NCBI GenBank assembly: GCA_036229005.1 | Contig: JAZAMN010000006.1 | Coordinates: forward strand, 112,223-176,222 | Reading direction: 5' to 3' | Origin: Myxococcota bacterium | Lineage (GTDB): Bacteria > Myxococcota_A > UBA796 > CAJQPC01 | Length of the DNA: 64,000 bases | In this document: positions 58,212-64,000 of the stretch, piece after piece | Layout: every line of letters starts with the position of its first letter | Numbering within the stretch: the stretch's first letter is position 1 | Notes under the pieces: generated by a model | Databases searched by the model: none | What the model was told of the DNA's origin: nothing | Seen by the model: the letters and a program-made list of their open reading frames with translations, nothing else | Program-made: the position numbers and the translations under genes

Positions 58212-58298
58212 GGGACTCAGTGCTAACGCGATTGGGGGTGTGTACCGATCTCGGGGGCGAAAGCTGCCCCACCCCCCAAGGGCAGAGGAGGAGGTTCC

Positions 58299-58736
58299 AT
58301 GGCAAACACTGCACTCAAGCCGGCCACCGCGGAGGAAGCGGAGGAGATGCGCGCCTCCCTGGAGGTCGAACGCGCCGCTGAGCGCCGCCGCCAGGAGGAG
58401 CTGCGCGTCGCCGAGCGCGTTGAGCTCCGTGCGGCCATCTCCGGCTCGAGCTCCGACAGCTTCTTTGTGGGCTTCTCGGAGAACATCAGCGAGGGCGGCG
58501 TGTTCGTGTCGACCTTCTGCCCGCCGGCCATCGGCGAGGGCGTCGATCTGTCGCTGGCCTTGGACGGTGGCCCCGCGCTCTTGGTCCGCGGCGAGGTCCG
58601 GTGGCACCGGAACAATGAGCGTGGTGAGCCCTCTGGCTGCGGCGTTCGCTTTGTGGGCCTGCACCCCGAGCAGGAGGAGATCCTCAAGGACGCGCTGGGC
58701 CGGGCAGGTCGGGAGCCGCTGTTCTACGAGGCGTGA
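58299..58736 (+). CDS. PilZ-domain protein (TIGR02266 type)
   Basis: RxxxR (RVAER), NISEGGVF, GEVRW, GVRF, REPLFY; GAGGAGG SD. Confidence 0.88.
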   Translation: MANTALKPATAEEAEEMRASLEVERAAERRRQEELRVAERVELRAAISGSSSDSFFVGFSENISEGGVFVSTFCPPAIGEGVDLSLALDGGPALLVRGEVRWHRNNERGEPSGCGVRFVGLHPEQEEILKDALGRAGREPLFYEA

Positions 58737-58763
58737 GACCTCCCCGGGCGGTAGCATGCCGCC

Positions 58764-60224
58764 GTGCGACTGACGCGGCGAGGCATGCTCCTGTCGGCGG
58801 TAGTGCTCCTGGCGGCTGTGCTTCGGCTCGCCTTGATGGGGCCCTACTACGGCTGGGAGGAGAGCGACTACGGCAACCTGGCCATGGTGCGGGGGGTCCT
58901 GGAGTCAGGCTTCCGCCACTACGACATGAACCACCTGCCCCTGTACTACGGGGTGTCGGCGGCGGTCATGGCCGTGGTGGGGGACGCGGTGCTCGCCGCC
59001 ACCGGGGTGTCCTTCGTCAGCGGTCTGTTCGTGGTCGCGCTGTCCGTGGTGTTGGCTGACCGGGTGGCTGGGCGCCGCGCGAGCTGGGTCGTTGGCCTGA
59101 TCGTGGCGGTTCAGCCGGAGCTGTCGCTCTACTCGGCGACCTCCCTGCGAGAGCCGCTCTATGCCGCGCTGGTTCTGGGGGCGCTGCTCGCGTTGACTCG
59201 GGAGCGGCTGTGGGTGGCCAGCCTGCTCTCGGGCCTGGCCTTCCTCACGCGCATGGACGCGCTGCTGATCCTCGGGCCTGTGCTGGCCCTCCATGCACTG
59301 GGGCGAGGCCCCCGGGGGCTCCGCCTGCTGCATGCGCTGGGGCCACTGCTGGGCGGCGTGGTGCTCTGGTCGCTGTACTGCCAGGGTATGCACGGCACCT
59401 GGCGCTTCTGGGAGCACGCCGCGGCGGTGAACATCGCCACCGGGGGCGAGACAAAGACCCTGACCTCGGGCATGGGGGTGGTGCTCGGGCTGCTGTTCGA
59501 GCTGCTCCCAAGCCGGCTGGGGTGGGCCCTGATGTTGGGGCTGCCCATCGGCCTCCTCTTCACCCCCTGGAGACAGCACAGCGCCCAACGGAGCGTCTCG
59601 GTCGCGGCCTTGCTCCTGCTGGGGTTCTGGCTGGGGATCGGCCTGACGGCGCAGCACAGTCCGGAGCACAACCTGTACTGGAAGTGGCTCTATGGCGTGC
59701 TGCCGCCGCTGATCCTGCTGGGGGTGGCGGGGCTGGAGCGGGTGGGGGATCGCCTGCAGCGCATCGGTGGGACGCCCCTGGTGGGGCTGGGAGTGGTATT
59801 GGCGCTGGGGCAGGGGGCCTTCGCGATGCTCTCGGAGACCCGGCGGCAGATCGCGCTGTCGCAGGAGCTCTACAAGCCGCAGGTCGAGCTGGGGCGTTGG
59901 CTCGAGGGGGAGCTTGAGCCCGGGGACCGGGTGCTGGTCGACAACATCCCGGGGGTCTGGCTGGATCGCCGGCCGCACAGCTTCACCCTGGAGAGCTGGT
60001 TCGACGTTCCGGTGCAGCCGGGGGACCGGGCGGGGTTCGCGCACTACCTGGCGCGGGGGGAGATCCGCTACGTGCTGTGGTTCCGCGAGCAGTGGACGCA
60101 GGCCCCCGTGATCGCGCCCTACCTGGAGGATCCTGTGGTGCACCACCTGGGGCAGGTCAAGCTGGTCCCTCTGCAGGAGGAGCCGAGTTACGGCTGGGTC
60201 TTCTACCGCGTGGAGGCCCCGTGA
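58764..60224 (+). CDS. Glycosyltransferase family 39 / PMT-like membrane protein
   Basis: LRL after TM1, EESD acidic loop, HLPLY, EPLY, LAFLTR, many TMs. Confidence 0.75.
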   Translation: MRLTRRGMLLSAVVLLAAVLRLALMGPYYGWEESDYGNLAMVRGVLESGFRHYDMNHLPLYYGVSAAVMAVVGDAVLAATGVSFVSGLFVVALSVVLADRVAGRRASWVVGLIVAVQPELSLYSATSLREPLYAALVLGALLALTRERLWVASLLSGLAFLTRMDALLILGPVLALHALGRGPRGLRLLHALGPLLGGVVLWSLYCQGMHGTWRFWEHAAAVNIATGGETKTLTSGMGVVLGLLFELLPSRLGWALMLGLPIGLLFTPWRQHSAQRSVSVAALLLLGFWLGIGLTAQHSPEHNLYWKWLYGVLPPLILLGVAGLERVGDRLQRIGGTPLVGLGVVLALGQGAFAMLSETRRQIALSQELYKPQVELGRWLEGELEPGDRVLVDNIPGVWLDRRPHSFTLESWFDVPVQPGDRAGFAHYLARGEIRYVLWFREQWTQAPVIAPYLEDPVVHHLGQVKLVPLQEEPSYGWVFYRVEAP

Positions 60225-60499
60225 TCACACACCAGCCCGAGACCTTGGAGCAGTTCATCCGCCTGTGCGGAGAGAAGGGGGTCCGCGGAGTGGCGCTGCA
60301 GGAGGTGGATGAGATCCGGCCTGAGCTTGAGCAACTGGGCTCAGGCGTGACGGTTGGGCAGGTGCGCTTCGCCACCGTTGTGGCCTATGCCGCAGGCGAG
60401 GTCATCCGGCTCAAGATCCAGGTTCCCCCTGCAGACCTGCGCGAACAGCTCCAGGCGATGGGGCTCCCGCTGCGCCGGGTCAACCACAACCTGGGCTGA
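60221..60499 (+). CDS. Hypothetical protein
   Basis: GTGA overlap with upstream stop, GGAGG SD; 92 aa. Confidence 0.5.
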   Translation: MITHQPETLEQFIRLCGEKGVRGVALQEVDEIRPELEQLGSGVTVGQVRFATVVAYAAGEVIRLKIQVPPADLREQLQAMGLPLRRVNHNLG

Positions 60500-60510
60500 G
60501 CCCTGGAAAT

Positions 60511-60547
60511 GGAAAAGGCCCGCCGCGGTGAAGCGGACGGGCCTTTC
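60511..60547. terminator. Intrinsic terminator, probably bidirectional, downstream of tRNA-Ala
   Basis: AAAAGGCCCGCCGC-loop-GCGGACGGGCCTTT stem flanked by A/T tracts between convergent units. Confidence 0.75.
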
Positions 60548-60551
60548 GGGA

Positions 60552-60627
60552 TGGTGGAGAAGAGGGGACTCGAACCCCCGACTTCAGCATTGCGAACGCT
60601 GCGCTCTCCCAGCTGAGCTACTTCCCC
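60552..60627 (-). tRNA. tRNA-Ala (CGC)
   Basis: Reverse complement GGGGAAGTAGCTCAGCTGGGAGAGCG CAGCG TT CGC AA TGCTG...GGTTCGAGTCC...TCCACCA; G3:U70 identity pair. Confidence 0.96.
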
Positions 60628-60664
60628 AAAGCCGCAGAGTCCCTAACCGCGCTCGGGGGAAGGG

Positions 60665-61489
60665 TCAATCCAGGCCGCGGTCCTCCAGGTCCTCTTCGCT
60701 CAGGCCCAGGAAGTGGCCGACCTCGTGGAAGAGGGTGATCCGCAGCTCTTCAAGCATGCCCTCGCGGTCCTGGGCGCGGCGCTGCAGGTTCGTGCGGAAG
60801 AGCACGATGGTGGCCGGGAGGTTGGACCAAGGGTTCTCCAGGCTGCGGTCCGCGAGGCTGGTGCCCGCGAAGTAGCCCAGGATCTGGGTGGGACCCGCGG
60901 GCGGGTCGTACTGGGAGAGGAGGTCCTCGCTGGGGAAGTCCTCTACAAGGATGGGCACGTTGGCCAGGTAGTTCCGGAGGATGGGGTGCAGAGCCTCCAG
61001 GCACTCACTGACCACCTCGTCGATGAGCTCATCCGAGAGGGGCTGCGGCATCGGGAAGACGACGGGGTCCACCCTCCAGGCCCGCGAGAAGTCCCGCATC
61101 GCGCCCTGGACATCGCCCCGCCGCTCCCGCAATACGCCTCGAACCCAGGCCGCCTCGGGGTTGTCGGGGGCGTCGCGCAGAGCTCGGTTCGCGGCCTTGC
61201 GGGACTCCTCCCAGCGGAGCTGCTGCAGCAGGACGGTGGACAGGGCCGCCCAAGCGTCCGAGACCACCGGGCTCTCTTCGCCCAGGACGACGGAGCGGTA
61301 GGCGCCCTCAGCCTCGTCCAGGCGGCCCAGGTCGCGCAGAGTCTCTCCCAGCAGGTAGTGGGCCTCGGGCAGCATGCGGCGCTCCGCGATGGCCTGGCGG
61401 CAGTAGGCCTCGGCGGCCACGAGATCCCCCTCGGTCAGGGCGGCCTCGGCCTCCTCCAGCAGGGGATCGAGGGTGACTGGTCGGCTCAA
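60665..61489 (-). CDS. TPR plus zincin-like metallopeptidase
   Basis: N-terminal TPRs; IVLFRTNL, ITLFHEVGHFLGLSEEDL. Confidence 0.88.
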   Translation of the reverse strand: MSRPVTLDPLLEEAEAALTEGDLVAAEAYCRQAIAERRMLPEAHYLLGETLRDLGRLDEAEGAYRSVVLGEESPVVSDAWAALSTVLLQQLRWEESRKAANRALRDAPDNPEAAWVRGVLRERRGDVQGAMRDFSRAWRVDPVVFPMPQPLSDELIDEVVSECLEALHPILRNYLANVPILVEDFPSEDLLSQYDPPAGPTQILGYFAGTSLADRSLENPWSNLPATIVLFRTNLQRRAQDREGMLEELRITLFHEVGHFLGLSEEDLEDRGLD

Positions 61490-63429
61490 CTGCCCCCCTT
61501 GCTCAAGCGGATGCTGTGGGCCTCTGCGACGGCGAGCGTGCCCCCGTGGCCGGGGTAGGAGACCAGGTGGAGCTGGCGGTTGATGCAGTCGGCGATCTGA
61601 CTGTCGGGGAGCTGTGCCGGATCCAGGGAGAGGTAGAGCAGCTCACCGGTGGGGCCCAGGTAGAAGTCGGCGGCCACGGTGAGCTCTGGGCTGCCTTGGG
61701 GCAGGCAGTCGGCGAAGCTCTTGGAGCGGCGCTCCAGGGCCTGGTCGAGGCTGGCGGGATCGACGGTGGCGTCGGCCTCGGCCTCGGGCTTGCGGTGGGG
61801 CTCGGGGTTGAGGGTGACCTGGATCTCGCCGCGCTCGCCGGACTCGACCACGATCTGCCGCTCATCCGCGGAGAAGCCGTGCAGCTCGGTGTGCAGGACA
61901 AAGGGCTCGTCAACCGGGAAGCCTTCGGTCAGCTCAAGCATCGAGCCTTCCCCGACGCGCTGGCCGTTGATCTCGATGGAGTCGGCCATGGGGTCCACGT
62001 GGACGACGAGGCTGGTCTGCCCGCCGGAGAGGGCGATGGCCAACCCTGCAGCGGCCGCGGCGACGAGCCCCACCAGGCCTCCGATCAGCAGGGCGGGGGA
62101 GACGCCGGACTTCTCGGCGTTGACCAGGATGCTCTTACGCTCGCCGTGCTCGGTCACGATGGTGAGCTGAGCGGTCCCCTTGCGGGTGGGGAGTTCGGCG
62201 GGGTTGATGGTGAGCTCGATCTCCTGCTGGTCGGCCTCTGGGTCCAGCCGGCTGCGGGAGAGGTTGACCCAGCCCTGGTCCACGGTGAGGCGACCCGCCA
62301 TCTTGCCGTCACCGATGTTCTTGACCACAACGACCACCAGCTCGGGCTTACGACCCAGGCTGACGCTGATGACCTCAGGCGAGGCCACCGAGAGGCGCGG
62401 GGTGGCGCGTCGCGGGCGCTTGGTCTGACCCAGGCCCAGGGTTCGACCGCCGATGCCTTCAGGCTGGGGGGGCGGTCCTCGGCGCGGGGGCGCGGACTCT
62501 TCGGTGGGCTCCGGGGGGGGCGTCCTGGGGGTGGAGGAAGCGCCTGGTACAGCCGGCTTTGGCGTGGCCACAGGCGGCGGCTTGGCCGCGGGCGGTGGCG
62601 TCTTGATCGGCGCGGCCGGGGGCGGCGGGGTCTGGACCCGGTGGTTCTCGGGCGGAGGCAGGAAGCCGCTGATGTTCACCGCATCCGAGCTGACATCCGA
62701 GCTCTTGATGCCGGCGCGGTTGGCGCGCCACTGGGCGTCGTAGGCGGCGCGCCGAACGGGGTCCGTGAGCACGCGCCAGGCCTCGTCCAGGTCGGCGTAG
62801 AGTGCGCTGACAGCCTGCTTGTCCCGGCGGCTGCGGGCGGCCCGGTACTGGGCCTTGTGGGCGGCCTCCAGGGCCTTGTCGTCCGCCTCGGGCGTGATGC
62901 CGAGCAGGGCGTAGTAGTCCTTGAAGCTGTCCGACTTGGGGGTGGGCCGGGGCCGGGGGGCCTCGCGGCGCGGAGCGGGCTCACCGTGGCGGCGGGCTCC
63001 GACCTCCTGCACCAAGCGGTCCAGGGCTGCTCGGACGATCTCGGGGCGCAGGCCGAGGCGCCCACCCTGGTCCAGGATGGCCTTCTCGGCCTCGGGGGTG
63101 AGCACGCCTCCGGCCAGGGTGCCGCGCATGAAGGGCTCGAGCTGCTTGAGGCCCTGCTGCGCCTGGCTCTGGGCGACGTGGGTCAGGTAGGTCTTGCGGT
63201 CGCTGAGCAGAACCCGCCGGAGCAGGGCGTTGTTCTTGATCAACCAGAGGGCCTCGGCCCGGTACTTGGGGTTGGCCTGCTGGCCCTGGGCCCAGGTCCG
63301 GCGCTTCTTGACGGTGGCCTCGATCTCTGCGGCCGCAGCCCGTGGCTCCACGCCGTAGTAGGCGAAGAGGCTCGGCTTCCCGACCAACTTGAGGAAGGCC
63401 TCGATCTGCTCAAGGTCCCGCGAATTCAT
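61486..63429 (-). CDS. Membrane protein with degenerate J-domain(s), Pro-rich linker, Ig-like domain and exported C-terminus
   Basis: DYYALLGI...LDEAWRVLTDPVRRAAYD without HPD; KNIGDG...W; TM LLIGGLVGLVAAAAAGLAIAL. Confidence 0.7.
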   Translation of the reverse strand: MNSRDLEQIEAFLKLVGKPSLFAYYGVEPRAAAAEIEATVKKRRTWAQGQQANPKYRAEALWLIKNNALLRRVLLSDRKTYLTHVAQSQAQQGLKQLEPFMRGTLAGGVLTPEAEKAILDQGGRLGLRPEIVRAALDRLVQEVGARRHGEPAPRREAPRPRPTPKSDSFKDYYALLGITPEADDKALEAAHKAQYRAARSRRDKQAVSALYADLDEAWRVLTDPVRRAAYDAQWRANRAGIKSSDVSSDAVNISGFLPPPENHRVQTPPPPAAPIKTPPPAAKPPPVATPKPAVPGASSTPRTPPPEPTEESAPPRRGPPPQPEGIGGRTLGLGQTKRPRRATPRLSVASPEVISVSLGRKPELVVVVVKNIGDGKMAGRLTVDQGWVNLSRSRLDPEADQQEIELTINPAELPTRKGTAQLTIVTEHGERKSILVNAEKSGVSPALLIGGLVGLVAAAAAGLAIALSGGQTSLVVHVDPMADSIEINGQRVGEGSMLELTEGFPVDEPFVLHTELHGFSADERQIVVESGERGEIQVTLNPEPHRKPEAEADATVDPASLDQALERRSKSFADCLPQGSPELTVAADFYLGPTGELLYLSLDPAQLPDSQIADCINRQLHLVSYPGHGGTLAVAEAHSIRLSKGGS

Positions 63430-63539
63430 GGCACTCCAGCTCGCACGGGGGGGCGCGGTTTCGTGGCCCTATGTTACCGCGTTTGGCGCGCTGGGGCCGC
63501 CGCGCGGACGACGCTGCGGCTCAGTGGGCAGGCGAAGGA

Positions 63540-64000
63540 TCAGTTGATCTGGGCCTTCGACATGCTGCCGCGCGCCTGCTCCAGACGCTGCCTGTCCAGG
63601 CTGCCCTTGAGGTTCAGGCGGGCGCGGCGACGGGCGCGGGTCTCCACGTCGACCACGTGGATCTCCAGGAGCTGGTTCTGGGTGTAGCGATAGAGCACGT
63701 CGATGGGCGTGCCGCGGGGTCTGGGCGGCAGGTTCTCCAGGACGACCTCTCCGATCACGGTGACCTCGGAGCGGGAGCCCCCTGCGCCCTCGGTGACCTC
63801 GACCCGTACGGCGGTCATGTTGTCGTAGGCGTACGCGAAGCGGGCGCTCTTCTCAGCGGGGAGCGGTGTGGCCTCGGGGATGAGGTTCACGATCCGCTCC
63901 TGGTGGCTGGCATCCAGCACGACGATGCCCATGGCGTGGGTGGATGCGTCGGTCACCTGGATGGTCTGCAGCCCCTGATCGGCCTGCGGGCGGCTGGTGG
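63540..64000 (-). CDS. Hsp70/DnaK-family protein, C-terminal part (start lies beyond window)
   Basis: VTDASTHAMGI, LIPEATPLP, VEVTEG, LPPRPRG.PIDV.Y: substrate-binding beta domain. Confidence 0.8.
   Translation of the reverse strand, partial: TSRPQADQGLQTIQVTDASTHAMGIVVLDASHQERIVNLIPEATPLPAEKSARFAYAYDNMTAVRVEVTEGAGGSRSEVTVIGEVVLENLPPRPRGTPIDVLYRYTQNQLLEIHVVDVETRARRRARLNLKGSLDRQRLEQARGSMSKAQIN

Overview
A GC-rich (about 70%), densely coding bacterial chromosomal window. It is most consistent with a Myxococcota/deltaproteobacterial genome, based on a TIGR02266-type PilZ, a two-gene RdgC, Asp/Thr-repeat lipoproteins, TonB-like proteins and a Haliangium-type BMC-T. Housekeeping content includes the PEP synthase regulator, a family III CoA transferase, Lon, biotin carboxylase/BCCP, tatB/tatC, rpsR, YgfZ, a thiolase, Pcp, GGT, QueG, TrxB, tRNA-Arg(CCG), tRNA-Ala(CGC) and the 3' end of an Hsp70. 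No transposase, integrase, prophage or CRISPR array was seen. The most interesting observations are these. (1) An unannotated protein carries two Hfq/Sm-like domains behind a duplicated helical repeat. (2) A tandem M14 desuccinylase/aspartoacylase pair has catalytic residues split complementarily between the two copies. (3) A shared ECF-type promoter motif, GTGWAAG-N17-CGTT, sits ahead of two envelope operons. (4) In an ECF sigma/zinc anti-sigma/double TonB-like locus, the first TonB-like gene has no clean start. (5) A tiny sigma-region-4-like HTH gene has tandem palindromes over its -35. (6) A three-way-junction RNA lies ahead of ygfZ. Also notable are an orphan CbbQ/NorQ-CbbO/NorD pair, an orphan BMC-T shell gene, several pseudo-enzymes (SIR2-like, caspase-like, HPD-less J domains) and a trypanosomatid-like SCP2 thiolase. 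All family assignments come from motif recognition by eye; no database searches were run.
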